A program made the position numbers and the translations under genes. A model generated the notes under the pieces. That model had not been told where the DNA came from and made no database searches. It saw nothing but the letters and a program-made list of their open reading frames with translations. A stretch of DNA of 64,000 nucleotides from Bugula neritina (Eukaryota; Animalia; Bryozoa): positions 5,342,729 to 5,406,728 of the forward strand of contig OZ037770.1 of the NCBI GenBank assembly GCA_964035545.1, read 5' to 3'. Of the stretch, positions 12,801-26,970 are shown one piece after another (the stretch's first letter is position 1; each line of letters begins with the position of its first letter).

Positions 12801-15197
12801 GGTCCTTCGATTAGAGTAAGATCTTATAAATTATATAATTGGTTCAACATTACGAGAGTCCGTTTGCTCGGTTCCTGATTTCCAATAAACTTCAGAAAGT
12901 TATTTTTAACTTCTATTGGTATTAGCTGAATATATAATTCATTAAGTAGTTTTCGTGATCAGAAAGTTTTAACCTCAAGCGTGGAGCAGGGTATGATATG
13001 ACCTAATTTACCAGATCACTTTTGAAAACGTTTAAGAAGTTTTTTATTTATATTTTTACACTTCTGGGTTGAGATTTCGATTTTAATTTAGTTCTACCCT
13101 CGGTTGTAGTCAGAACTTACCAATTGAAAAAATTTTAAATTTTCTTGAAAAAATTTCTGAAAGAAAAAATTTGGTGGGTTTTAAAATATTTTCGAATTTT
13201 CTTGAAAAAAGATTTAAGATAAAAAAAATAGTGGAGAACCCAACTAGTATACAAAATACCTTCAAATGTCCAACCTATTGTTTCATATTAAGAAGGAACT
13301 TTTAGATACTTCACCAACTGGCCCTATTATCTCTGGTAATATGTCATCATTACATAATATTCACAACAGCTCAGAGTTAACCATAAAACTCTTGGAGTTA
13401 TGTTATCCTGGCAGCTGCGTGTTTCCCATATATTCTTAGGTTGCTTCTCTACAAGCATATAGCAGAGTGATATAAGAGGAGACAATCCCTGAACTTTCTT
13501 TATAGCTTCTTTTATACCGCATGTAGTTTGAAATTACTCGTTTACTGTAGAAGTCCAATTTATTGCGATGTTTTCTTGGTATGTCACCCTCAATGTTAAA
13601 AGATGGGGACATACAGTGCTTCCTTCGTATCTCACAGTTCCAGTTCTGACGAAGCTCCATGAGTCACACCATAAGAATGTAGACCCTTATTTTAGTGGCT
13701 TATGTATGTGTGTATAGGGACCAAATGGGCAAATTTAAAGTATCTAGGGGTTCAAGATTAAATGGAGCGACTAGAATAGAAGCAATTTCCCACAAAATCT
13801 ATAGCCTGTGTATTTGTTTGTAGACCCAGGTTACGGGGACTACCCTAAGGTCGGGTGGGTAGGGGCGAGTCACAAGGACCCCTACCAAGACTATGATTTC
13901 CCGCACATGGGCACCGACTACAAGGAAGTGCTGCATCCAGACGCTGACTTGGCGACATACGATCGGTTCAACCCTCAGGCTGCCGGCTATTCCTATTACA
14001 GCCAGTGAGTATACAGTGTCAGTGAGTATACAGTGTCAGTGAGTATACAGTGTCAGTCAGTATACAGTATCAGTGAGTATACAGTGTCAGTCAGTATACA
14101 GTGTCAGTCAGTATACAGTGTCAGTCAGTATACAGTGTCAGTCAGTATACAGTGTCAGTCAGTATACAGTGTCAGTGAGTGAGTATACAGTGTCAGTCAG
14201 TATACAGTGTCAGTCAGTATACAGTGTCAGTCAGTATACAGTGTCAGAATTAATATTTTCTCTTTTTTTCTAGAACCTTCATGACGCTGTTTTTCATTGG
14301 ATTTATGGTCACAATATACTCCATTCACTTCATCAGCGTGGAATATGGTTGGACGACACACATGCCTATGGTAAGATAATGCTATTCTTTGTGACCCACG
14401 GGTCATGTGACACAGTCTAGCAGTTGTCTAAACTAAACTATTTCTGCTTATCATTTTGAATAATAGTTGAAAAATCTCAGTAGAATATGGTTTGTGTATT
14501 GGGAGTCGTCCCCTCATATCCTTGTCACCTGTCACCATTGTTATTGGTTAGTGTGTGCCACATAATGTCATATAAGAATATACAACAATAATTCGCCGCG
14601 TAGTGTCAGCTTACTGGTACTCATATGATGTGACATGGTTGTAACACTGTAGACACTTGCCATGTAGTGTCAGCTTGCTAGTACTCATATCATGTGACAT
14701 GGTTGCAACACTACAGACACTTGCCACGTAGTGTCAGCTTGCTGGTACTCATATCATGTGACATGTTTGTAACACTACAGACACTTGCCATGTAGTGTCA
14801 GCTTGCCGGTACTCATATGATGTGACATGGTTGTAACACTACAGACACTTGCCATGTAGTGTCAGCTTGCCGGTACTCATATGATGTGACATGGTTGTAA
14901 CACTGTAGACACTTGCCATGTAGTGTCAGCTTGCTAGTACTCATATCATGTGACATGGTTGTAACACTGTAGACACTTGCCATGTAGTGTCAGCTTGCTG
15001 GTACTCATATGATGTGACATGGTTGTAACACTACAGACACTTGCCATGTAGTGTCAGCTTGCCGGTACTCATATGATGTGACATGTTTGCAGATGCCAAA
15101 GCAGTATCCTGACAACCTTTGGGTACAGAGAGGTAGAGACCCTAAAGATATGCCTAAAGTTGTACACTACACATTTGAACCTGCCTCATCTTCATGA
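9852..15197 (+). CDS. NDUFB8: NADH:ubiquinone oxidoreductase subunit B8 (complex I accessory subunit)
   Basis: Exons 9852-9963, 12353-12478, 13824-14004, 14274-14370, 15093-15197, all phase-compatible. Motifs [36 protein letters not shown], one TM helix and [17 protein letters not shown]...VVHYTFE match NDUFB8. Confidence 0.93.
10813..11034. mobile_element. Small non-autonomous DNA element (MITE-like)
   Basis: Imperfect terminal inverted repeats GGGTGCAGTCGTTTCATAC ... GTACGAAATGACAGTAACCC; no coding capacity. Confidence 0.45.
14003..14248. repeat. Minisatellite, ~16-bp unit (cagtgagtatacagtgt / cagtcagtatacagtgt)
   Basis: Starts at the NDUFB8 exon-3 donor (CA|GTGAGT); the first units repeat the donor sequence. 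Confidence 0.95.
14597..15090. repeat. Minisatellite, 64-bp unit, ~7.7 copies
   Basis: Unit catgtagtgtcagcttgc..gtactcatat.atgtgacatggttgtaacact..agacacttgc; the last copy runs into the acceptor AG at 15091-15092. Confidence 0.95.
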
Positions 15198-15961
15198 TCA
15201 TATTATCTTCACAGTTTCCCTACATTTATAATATATATAGAAGTTGTGTACACTTGGTAGTTGTGTTGATATTTATGGTACAAGAGTGATTTGAATTAGT
15301 TGCCAAGACTGTTAACCAAATGCTTCAACGTTTTGTTGTGTTGCTCATTATTGTGGCATGTTTTTATTTTTGCAAATAAAGAGATGATGGCATAGCAACA
15401 TACGTATTATCTGCATTGATTGATTGATTGATTGATATATTGCATATCACATACATGAAAATCGACATCAGATCCCTGTTGGAGTGTAGTCAAAGTATGG
15501 CATGAGCAGTATATTTAAATTTCGAGTTTCTACATTTCTGAGGTTACTTTTGCCTTCGGTCCTCCAACTGCAAAGAGTTTAACATCTCCAAGACAATACT
15601 GTGTTGCTGCTCCTAATAGAGTATTGGATTTTATTTTGACAAAAGTATAAATATTAATAAATAGTTATGTACAATAATTGGGCTAATGGATTAGCAAATA
15701 ATTTTTATATCCATTGCATCAAGCAAACTTATTAATGGTGAACGCTTCACAGAAATTACTATAAGCAGCACGGAGTTGGAATGATAGAGTACAATATTTG
15801 TGCGAACCTCCAAGCACTGCACTCAAGTTACCCCTAACTAGGTGCTTCCTCAAGCAACTTCCAATATTGGCAGCTAATAATTTAGAAAACAACAGAATTT
15901 CTATATTGATTTTAAGTTTCTGTTTGCTGCTCTTGATAATTGTTTATAGCTGAGTTCTCAA

Positions 15962-18900
15962 CTAACTGAGGAATCCTCCACTGCCAAACAGACTACGTCC
16001 TTGGCCTGTAGCCTGTTCCCCTCTCCTTCTCTGGTCTACTGCACTCACAGTCTTCTCGTTTTGGGAGAGCAAATCTGTTTGAAAGTTGAGCAGATCTTCG
16101 CTGCCTGCGTCAGCTTGTAGGCCATCTTCTGCAAAGTTCTCTCCTTCTGACAGCGCCTCTACCTCCTGGTGATTGGCTGCTTGTAGCGACTCCCTCTGAA
16201 ACATTTACAATAATTATGTTCACTATCTGCTTGTAAACATACAGTAGATAGACATTTCATTGCTACATGACAAACACTGCCATTTCAAAGTAACATGCTT
16301 TGGCAAACATCTTGTTTCACACAAAATATAATCAAATAAAGAATAATATATTTTAAACTAAAATATGATAATTGAGTGAGTGGCCTATAAATGCAAAACA
16401 AGTCAACGTTGTTTATTACTATATTCTCTTTTTGCTAAGCCTTTACTGGACCTCTACAGCATAAGTTGAAGTTTCCCATTCAGGGTTATTGCCAATTCAT
16501 CAATAACCAATACCAATGATGTCTTACTAACTCAGCTGTGCCACATTGATCTCTCAGACTATGTTAGCTGCATAGTGGAAAGCCATATTTGTTTAGCTAG
16601 AGTTTATATTTCGATATTTCTTCTGTTTAAAATCCCTCCCCTTGCATTAGGAGATTTCACAGGGTGGCTTGGATAAATCTATGTTATTGCTTCAGTTACT
16701 TAGTACAATTTACACTAAATTTGTTTGAGCTACACTTTTTAATTAATGGGTTTATAATTGCATAACTGATATAAAATATAATAAGTCTGTAGGGCTCAAT
16801 ACAATGTATCCACTAAGAATGCATGAGTCATATAAAGAACCAGGTTATACGAGCAGAATAATAACTCTGCTGGCAGGATACTCACAGTGCCACTAAGAAG
16901 GGGCACTTGCTCTCACCTGTCACTACTGTGTACCTGCCTTATAGGATTAAGCTAATCAATGTCACTATCTCCTTTATACTGATTACTCTGCAAGTTGTGC
17001 AAGACATTGACATTGCTAGCTCATTGTCATAGAAACCAGAAATGCATACTTGATTCGCCAGCTTGGATTTAGAGTTTAATATACTGTATAAAATCACAGC
17101 TTACCCACAGTGCATTCAGACTATATGTCATATAGTGCGTTAATTGATATTTGGATTATAATTAAATTTTATACTCTATTTACTTAAAGCAGGGCTGTTC
17201 AACAGGTGGCCCCAGGGCTAGATGTGGCCAACAGCCTACATTTATGTGGCCCTCAAAAGCCTAGCGAATAAAATTATTTTTTACCGTATACATTAGAGTG
17301 AAAAACCACCTTTTAAATTTGGTCTTATTTATACCCCTACTACAAAACAAGCATGCCTGCAGTAATTATTACAGGTTAATTGCGTAATGAATCATTAGAA
17401 TTTGGAATAGAATAATTTGAAAGTTACTGACGCTGTGGCCCTCAGCACAACACAAGCTAAAGTTTATAATATGGCTCTCATCATGAAATATTCCCTTTCA
17501 GTTGCCCTTGCTCTGAAAATATTGGACACCCCTAACTTCGAGGATGTAAAAGACGTTGTTTTGGAGGTAGTACATTGGGTGCCATGTGCACCATTTTTAG
17601 ACAGCGTGTAGAAAATCATATTATCCAGAAAAATAAAATGACTACAATACTTTACATATTATATATAAGTGTGATGGGGTTTATTTTGTGATAATCAACC
17701 CAACATTCAAGTCATTATAGTTAGCAGACAAGCATATATTATATTATTTCTGTTGGCAGTCTGTTGTATACAATGTCGGCCATTATTAGCACCTATGTAT
17801 GCTATGCAGCTATTTTATTGTAAAAATTGTTATATAACATAATCCTTGCTTAAAATGTAATACAACTATTGTAATGTAATATACACCTATTACCTACATA
17901 CTACTAGGGAGCAGCTATGATCTAGGGGTTAGAACGTTTGCCTAGTAAACACGAAGGTCATGGGTTCGAGCCCAGACAAAAGCCATTGGTGATGTTAAAA
18001 GAGCATTCAGTCATAATTGCTCCTGTGCCTCATTTAAATAAGTCCTTAGCCCGCTTTAACATAAACCCTTTCTATCAGGGGTTTCTCACAGGGATAGTGA
18101 CTATAAACTTGCGTGAGTTTACCTACATACTACTGTATATTAGTGTAACTATTACATATACTTATGAATTGCATATAATTACCTAATGTAGGCAATTATG
18201 GTGGTATTGGCCGTGTAATAGTTATTAATGATATTAAAGGCAATAAATCAGCACTGAATTCATACTCACAGCTCCTATCCTGGTGCCGGATCCAAACTTA
18301 GCTCCATTACTTTTCTGTAGACTGACAGACTGGGCATTGGAGTTCTCCAAGTTGAGAGCTAAGGCTAACAACAATGAACAAGAGTATAAGCTACAATTCT
18401 ATAGCATTAAAGTAACATGAAATAGCCTGGGTACCTCACAATAGCTCATAAATAGATCATAGTTTCACTGCATGGAAGCACTGCATGAACAAAATAATAC
18501 AAGACGGCTAATTCCACAACCACAGGTTTCATGCCAGCCAAATGTTCTTTCAATAATTTTACTTAATTATATAAGTTTTGCTGAATATAATTAAAACATA
18601 AGTTAGCCGTAGCTGCAAAGTTTTTTCAAATTTTGCATATTTTGTAGAGTGAAAATAATTGTTATTCAATCTTTAGGCTACTTTATGAGGTGCCTAATAT
18701 TATATCTAATACTCATTTAATCTGTAACACAAGTCAATTGAGACATAACTACCCTATAAAAATAAAACAGTCACTATTTAAAATAATATATTATGCAGAT
18801 GCCAATTAAAATATGCACCCATGCAGTTAATAAGTTAATGCTCATGAATATTGCATATATTATAGCAGGAAATTGCATTACAGGTTTTTCATTGGCTAAA

Positions 18901-21900
18901 AAGCTAAGATCATTTCTCAGTTGATGAAGATGCAAATGGGCATATTACAGTTATTATGCTGCCGCTAATATTTTACTACTTATAACAAAAATAGCAAGTA
19001 TATGTACTAAACTACTCCCATGTAATTTTGAAAGAAAACAAACTCAAAATTAGATAGGCTGATTTAGTTATATCATTGCAGATATATAAGATATATTTTT
19101 TTCAATTGAAAATTAAGGCTTAATTATAATTTAATTTGAATTGAAAAGTTACTAGGCATTATTTATCAGCACCCCCTAAACATGTTCTCAAACGCATTAC
19201 AAAGAACAAACTAAAATGATGCACCAAATTATGACAACACAATGCTGACTCAACAGCTTCAATGATTGGACAGCTACGCTGACACAACAGCTACGCTGAC
19301 ACAACAGCTACGCTGGCTCAACAGCTATGCTGACTATACCTACCAACTTTGCTGTTAGAGGAGATCCTGGCTGAGGCATCTAGATCACTAAACTCTTCCT
19401 GGTCCTTGAAAGTTTCAGCTGCCAGTTGTTTCTGTGAGTTGAGTCGTTCCGCTTGAGCTAATAGGGAAAACAAACTTTTTACTGAGGATAGACAAAGGAA
19501 CATTTTTGATGATAACAAATTACTGTGTCCTGTATGTTAGTGAGCAACATGCTGTAGTGTGTTTTTACTAAAACATATAACCGCAGGGTATATAATAAAA
19601 GCTCTGATAGAAGTTGAAAATTGTTAGTGCCTGCAATATGTTATATACACAAGTGTTGACCGAATAGAACTGTTGTGTGTAAAATTATTTACGCTACCTT
19701 GCTTCGCTGCTTTCCTTTCTCGAGCACGCTGCCTTTGCTGTTTTCTGAGTGCTTTGTTTTCTTTTTTGGCTGCTTTTAAGTCAACTTTGTTAAGAGACTT
19801 ATTTGATTGTCCAGCATTCAGCCGACTGCCTTGTTGAGTCTGACCTTGAAATTGCTCTCTGCCAATTGATGCTCCGCCCACTACATGTACAATAGGAACT
19901 TGTTCACCTTGCAGGGGAGCTGAGCGAGGACTGTGTGACTGTGATAGAGCATTGCGAAGTCTATTTTGTGCTCTAGCTGTCTTTCTACGTTTTTCTTTTT
20001 GTGAAGGCAAAGCTGTCGGCTGAGCCTTTACTTGGTTTACTGCCTTGGAAATGGGAGAAATCTGCACTGCTTGCTTACTATTGGCATTTATATCTGTAGG
20101 CAATTCAACTGGCTTGTTTTTATTGGCTTTGCTTTGAGAATTTCTTTGTTGTTGTCTATTGCTTTTTCTTCTAACTTTCATAAGAGGAGACCTTGTAGCA
20201 ACTTCATCTCTAGTGTTGGGGTTTTCTGCTATTAAGTTAGCTGTTACACTTGGACTGCTTTCATTTATCTTCTTCTTATTTCCTGCTCTAGAATTTGCAT
20301 TAAGTGCTGTCTGTAAAACATTTCCAATCTGACGGCTATCCATGTCACCATCACTTTGAGAAGAAGTAATAGCATTGTTGAGGCCGCCTGCTCCAGCATT
20401 GTTCCTTCCGTTCACTGTGTTTGCAATAAGCTGATGAACTTCTTCTACTGTTGGTTCATTTGGATCTCTTTCTTGTTCTTTTTTCTTAGCCTCAGCTTCA
20501 GACTGTGCGAGAGCTTGCTGTATTAGTTCTGCTAGTTCTTCTGGTGAAGGTGTGCTTTGGCTTTGCTTCTCTGGCGCTTTAGTGGCATTAGGATTGGCTG
20601 CAGCTTGCTTGTCAATAATAGCTTGTGCTAAGCCACCAAGTGGCTGACTCCCAGCATCTTGTGGCTGCCCACCAGTGCTTTGTACTGCTGATGCAATCAG
20701 ACTACCAAAATCACTATTTCCTTGCTGAGAGTTGCCTAAAAGAGACTGAATGAGCCCTGATACACCAGATGGGTGTTGACTGTTGCTCTGTGTTTCAGGA
20801 ACTTGATTAGCAGAAAGATTCTGAACATGAGATTGGTTTGGCTTTCGAGCTCGACGAGCTTTCTTCTGCTGATTTAGTTTTTTATTTCTTTTGGGCTGAA
20901 AGCGAGACTTTCTAGGTTTCTGGAACAATTTATTTGTTGTACTAGTAGTGTTTTGTTGCTCAGTACTATTATGAATAAATATAAGCTGCTTCACCACAGT
21001 CTTTGGCATGTTTGTGGTTGTTTCAGGTAAGTCTGTGCTTTCAAGTTGAGTAAGGTTTGATATCATAGTGCTTGAGCTAGCATTAATAGGTATAACTGTA
21101 GTAACAACTTCATTCAAAGTCATAGCAGCCGATAATTTGGATTCATTTATCATTGAGTCAGTAGACTTGTTGAAAGCAGTTGTTGAATTAATGTCTAGCG
21201 AATTAGTAGGCTCTAAAGTTTGAGATGACAGTAATGGTGTTGATAGGGATTCTACTGCGTAAGTTGTAAGAGAATCAGAAGTATTGTGGCTATGTGTTGA
21301 GGTTGGAGTTGGAGTTGAAGTGAGCTTCACTGGTGATGACGTCGATTCAATTTCTGGTGCAGGTGTTGGTATGTGCTTTGGTGTCGTTGGTAAAAATGTT
21401 GATGTAGGTGCTGGTGCAAGTACTATGGTTGTTGTTTGTAGACGCTTTGAGGTAGATGTGGGTAGACTTTTGGGTGTGGATTTTGATAGATGTTTTGGTG
21501 TGGATGTGGGTAGATGTTTTGGTGTGGTTGTTTGTACAAGTGCTTGTGTAGATGTTGATACGTGTGAGGTTTTTGTTGTTACAGATGTCACTCTAGATGG
21601 AGGTAAATTCACTGATGTCGGTTTCGGTGTGGATATTTTTGTAGATGTTGTTACATAATCTGGTGTTGTTGGCGCAAGTTGGATGGCAGAGTTTGACATA
21701 GGCAAAGACATAGAAGTTTGTGTTGTTGATTTTTGAGATTTGAGTTTAGATGTAGCGACAGGTTTTGGTGTTGGTATAGTTGTTGATGTAGGTGACAACA
21801 AACTTTTAGATGTGGTTGTTGGTCCAAGAGTTTGCGTGGATGTTGGCACATCTTTTGGTGTCATACTAGTTGTTGATAAGTGTTTAGGCGTACTTGTTGG

Positions 21901-23295
21901 CGCAGATGTTTCTGTAGATGTCTGTACACGTTTTGTTGTAGTTTTTGGCAAATGCGGTGGTGTAGATCTGGGTACAGATTTTAGTGTAGTTGTTGGTACA
22001 GGTGTCATAGTAGTTGTTGGTACATGTTTTGTTGTAGTTTTTGGTAAATGCCGTGGTGTAGTTGTGGGTACAGATTTTAGTGTAGTTGTTGGTACAGGTG
22101 TCATGGTAGTTGTTGGTACATGCCTTGTTGTAGTTTTTGGCAAATGTCGTGGTGTAGTTGTTGGTACAGGTGTCATAGTAGTTGTTGGTACAGGTGTCAT
22201 AGTAGTTGTTGGTACATGCCTTGTTGTAGTTTTTGGCAAATGCCGTGGTGTAGTTGTGGGTACAGATTTTAGCGTAGTTGTTGGTACAGGTGTCATGGTA
22301 GTTGTTGGTACATGTTTTGTTGTAGTTTTTGGCAAATGCAGTGGTGTAGATCTGGGTACAGATTTTAGTGTAGTTGTTGGTACAGGTGTCATAGTAGTTG
22401 TTGGTACATGTTTTGTTGTAGTTTTTGGTAAATGCCGTGGTGTAGTTGTGGGTATATATTTTAGTGTAGTTGTTGGTACAGGTGTCATGGTAGTTGTTGG
22501 TACATGCCTTGTTGTAGTTTTTGGCAAATGTCGTGGTGTAATTGTTGGTACAGGTGTCATAGTAGTTGTTAGTACAGGTGTCATAGTAGTTGTTGGTACA
22601 TGTTTTGTTGTAGTTTTTGGCAAATGCCTTGGTTTCAATCTCGGTACAGCCGTTGATTTAAATGATGGTTCATGTGCTGGGGCATTTTTTGGTAAAAGCT
22701 GTGGCCTAGTTGTTGGCACATATTTAGATGTAGTTGTTGGTAAATGTTTCCCAATTGTTGTTGGTACAGTTGGTAGTTTAGATGCTGTTGAGTGTTTTAT
22801 TGTAGTTGCCGGTGTTGGTGAGGATGTAGGATTTGGACTTTTTTCTGTTGTCGTTATTTCATTGCTCATAGCTTTCATTGCTATTGGTTCTAAGAGATCT
22901 GTGTCCGTAGGATTGCTTGCTACTAACAAAGTTTCTGATGATGAGCCCTGATTCTGCTCAATACCAAAATCTTGTGAGCCTGAGTCTGGTGTTTTCCGAC
23001 TGATATCATTACCTAAATAGTGAGGCTGTACTTGATTGGTTTGCTGAGAGATACCCACACCCTGCGTAGTCTGACTCACCGGTGAGTCGGACTGAAGATA
23101 TGTGACGTGAGAACTTGAATAGTAATCTTCCTGCGGTGGATGGTAGGTCCGCCCACTTCCTGTCTGCCGATCACTTCCTCGCAATGACTTGTAGTACTCC
23201 ATTAACTGATCTAGATCAGTAGCGGAATGCTGACTACAGACATGCGCTGTGAGGGTGAGGAAGAGTGTCACTAGGGTTACTGGTGTGCTCAGCAT
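15962..23295 (-). CDS. Secreted mucin-like Thr/Pro/Lys/His-rich repeat protein, ~1346 aa
   Basis: Signal peptide MLSTPVTLVTLFLTLTAHVCS. Exons 19698-23295, 19344-19457, 18270-18364, 15962-16195 splice in frame (4041 nt). Contains PTTTMTPVPTTTLKSVP / TPRHLPKTTTKHV repeats, Lys/Arg-rich patches and Gln/Ser-rich regions. Confidence 0.85.
17190..17534. mobile_element. Non-autonomous hAT (Charlie-like) DNA transposon
   Basis: Termini CAGGGCTGTTCAA ... TTGGACACCCCTA resemble CAGGGGTGTCCAA-type TIRs; internal TGTGGCCC motifs; degenerate 8-bp flanks acttaaag / acttcgag. Confidence 0.65.
17907..18121 (+). mobile_element. tRNA-derived SINE (copy A)
   Basis: tRNA-like head with A box and B box (GGTTCGAGCCC) followed by a conserved body (gagcattcagtcataattgctcctgtgc...aataagtcc...atcaggggtttctcacaggg) shared with three other copies in the window. 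Confidence 0.85.
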
Positions 23296-25095
23296 GGCTT
23301 CCGATCTGCAGATGTCTCTAAAATTACGAGTTGATCATTGAACAAATTATTGCATTTACTCACTCAGAGAAGCATATGCATACATTATATTATATAGGCA
23401 CACATAAAACCACACATATACGTATACATAATGTATATACATGTATTCGCACATGCTGTACACGCAAACATAATCAGCATCCGATGACTGGTATATATTT
23501 TCACGAGAAAATCTAACCCCTGAGAGCAATTTTTAGATAATAATAATTGATAAAGTAATATTTAATCATTTTCCTCTGAAATCAATAATAATTCGATCAA
23601 CCTACAATAGATATATTTGTGTTCAAATGAAGTAAACTATATATTAGGCTAGCTGCTATATTTACAGAAGCTAAATAGTCAAGTGGCTCCAGATTGTAAA
23701 GTATAAATAATTTGCTGGTTAAGAATTTTAACTAAAAATTAAGCCATAAAAATACTTACTTATTTTACAAATTTTCCAAAAATCATAATATACATTTCTG
23801 AATGCAATATATTACATTAGACTAGATTCTATAACTATAAAAGTATTATATTATATATAGTGTTTCAAACAATTATGAATGCATTACTGCATTGCATTAT
23901 GTTATAAAATAATAATATAAATGTTTTACATTACATTATACATGCATCTTATTATACCATGCAGTTGTAAATGCATGTAATGTATTTTATTATAATTCAT
24001 CATATAATTCAATTGAACGGCAAATCCTGAAGAAATAAAACTTTCTATTAAATTATTATATAACATTACAAATGCTTGTACTGCAGTTCCATGCTTTGAA
24101 TAACATAGATATATGGAAAATGATTTATTTTTTATTATAGAAAGTGTTTGCTTGAATGCAATTGCATAATAAAAGAAGTTTACAAATTCGAACGTCTATA
24201 ATTATTTGAAAAGTTTTATATGTTAAATATTTACTGCTGAATCACTAACTGATATTTACTGCAGGATCGCTAACTTATATTTGCTGCCTTCTTAGCACAG
24301 TAATTATTAACTGGTATAGCACAGGAGCAATGATCTATGAGTAAAAAGTTATAAAAATAAAATAAACACAATTTAGGTACCTCGAAGTTGGTGCTAAACC
24401 TAAGCAGTTCTTTCTCTAAGAGAGCTTTCCTGGTTTACAGTAGGAAGATACTGGAAGCTCTTGAAGAAAGACAGGGTGCCTTTTAGATAAAGAGACGCCT
24501 ATTAGAGAAATATCTAGCAAATTACTGACCGTTCGTTCAAATGGTCTACAACAATTAACATCCAGCCATTATAAGAATGTGAAGATTAGCTGCAGAGAGT
24601 GTAAGAGTATTAGAGCACCAGCACGTAACCTTTGGTAATCCCTTACATTGCTACATGAGTTTCATAATCCTAATTCCCACCATCTATACACTACCCAGGG
24701 AATGCAGTGTCAGTCCTCTGTCATGTGTATGCAGATACCACTTAACACTGGATTTTGGTAATTAATGTTGATCTGTCGGAAAGAAAGTAGATCTTGCAGC
24801 TCTGTGACTCATATCTTGCAGTATGTGACAGACTCGGCTATGTGATGGGAAATAGGATTCAGAAATTATTTCAGTGTTTTTTTCCAGAATAACTAATAGA
24901 TTAAATTAAAGGTTGATAGCAGGAAAGGTCTAATTAACCTAGTTGTATAATGTATTATGTGAACTGAGTTATAAACAGGCTGTTACAAACACTGAACTGA
25001 AACTATAACCAAGTTATAGTTCAATGGTTACAAACTCACTCTCACCAAGTACAGAGTCACCATCCCTATAATCAAAGGGGGAATTTGTTAAATCA

Positions 25096-25199
25096 AGCAC
25101 AGGAGCAATTATGACTGGATGCTTTTCCTAACATCATCAATGACCACTATTGGGGCTCAAACCCATGACTTTGTGCTCACTATACCACGGCTGCTCCCT
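25096..25199 (-). mobile_element. tRNA-derived SINE, truncated (copy D)
   Basis: Reverse complement of the SINE head and body (gcacaggagcaattatgactggatgc...aacccatgact); another tRNA-like head follows at ~25222-25295. Confidence 0.75.
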
Positions 25200-26344
25200 A
25201 TTCTACTGCTTCAGCTATTTAGTAGCCATTTTGGTGCAATGGGTGGTGCCATAGTTTCAAAGTCAGAGGGCTGTGGTTCAAATCCCAGTGAAGGAATTTT
25301 TTTTACAGTTGTATGCTATTTTAAAACTAAAATTTTATTTTCTAACATGAATGAACAACTACCTGTAATAAGCCTATTTTTGTAAGACTTATTTAGAAGT
25401 CTACAAATAGTATATATTGTATTGTTTCAGATGATAAACCAATTTTCTATGTGGTAGTCCCAATAATCTAAGCAATATACCTTTTAACAGCTGTTTGTCA
25501 CTGTACACAACCACATGCTTATTCTACATAGTATGATGTTGTGTTTTGTAGTTGCTAGAGCCCTAATCAATCATATAATAAAACATGCTTGCATTGCTCA
25601 GCGTATGTAGAATTACCACAGAATGTTGTATTTTCATGGATTTTGTCTAAGTTTGAATGCCAGTATGTATGCTAAATAAAGTGAAAGGACAATCAAAGAT
25701 GCTATATAATAATATATACAATTGAAAGTTTATCACAACATATTTTTTGTTTTGAACTTCGCCTTAAAAGTAGACATGGATGGGCAAAGCTGATTGCAAT
25801 TTTTTTTCAAAACAATTTTGTTGAAATGAGCAAAGTTTGAGTTGAAGTCAACTATTAATTATACCTGTCATACCACTTCAGCCACAAGGCCGACACTAGG
25901 GACTACAGCTCAACAACGGTACATTATTTCTGCGCATATAAGTGTAAGTTATTCACCCATTTGGAGCTCAGCCTATATATTTTGTGTTTCTATGCTAATG
26001 CTGTTAGTAAACATGGATTATAATGTCATTGTGCTATACACAGTGCTCCAATAGCAATTGCATCATCTATAATATAACTATTCATCATGTATTGTCATAT
26101 CAGAACTGGTGCCTTTTATATTTCAATCTATTATTATAAGCAGCAAGTTGTCTCTCAGGTTAAAATATTTAAGTTGTGTTTATATAACGCCCCACAAGTT
26201 TAGCATGGCTGGGGAACCTTATGCAATAAAATGGTTAATATAAACAGAAGAAATGAAGCTGGGTTCATTTATTTAAAAGAAAACTAAGTTTAGAATAAAA
26301 AGTAGCATAATAAGGCATTCTATACAGTATAGTTAATCAGTACT

Positions 26345-26590
26345 TTGACTGCACAGTATAGTTATACAGTACGACTATACAGTATAGTCATACAGTACGC
26401 CTATACAGTATAGTTATACAGTATGACTATACGGTATATTAGTACCGTATAACTACAATACATTGTCAAACTATATAGTTATGCAGTAGCTATAGTTATA
26501 CGGTATAACCATGCAGTATGACTATACAGTATGACTATACAGTATGATTATACTGTATAGCTATACAGTATAATCATACAGTCGAACTAT
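26345..26590. repeat. Degenerate ~13-bp minisatellite (tatacagtatagt/gac)
   Basis: Tandem degenerate copies downstream of the RPGR stop codon. Confidence 0.75.
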
Positions 26591-26970
26591 AGAGTAAGGA
26601 TTTATTATTCTAAAATATGAACTAAATGTTACATAATATGAGATGTAAAGTAGAACAATCTGCATACATGAAGAAAGCACTGTAGTGGAATCAGCAGAAT
26701 AAATGAGTATGACTGTTAGTGTAGAAACGTATAATGGTAAGGGTTGTGGTTTGCATTCAAAAAATTTTCTCATCAGCGATTCATATTTTAGAAGAAAGAA
26801 TAATCAAGTTGCATAAAAAAGCTACATTTGGGACGGAACAATATTTTGATGCTAAAGCTAGCAATTAACTGCAGGCCGCTAGCCTGTGGTATCACAGAAT
26901 GGTTAGTGAGCTTATACATAGATATGGAGAAGACTGCAATTCATGTACTCTGAGGCTAAGATGCTTCCAA

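Noticed and set aside
17907-17985. tRNA genes at the SINE heads (also ~30307, ~30930-30999, ~25222)
   Set aside because: Acceptor stems are degenerate and most heads continue into a shared non-tRNA body, indicating SINEs.
21284-22951. Plus-strand Val/Gly-rich ORFs (124 and 403 aa)
   Set aside because: Antisense shadows of the Thr/Pro repeat exon of the mucin-like gene.
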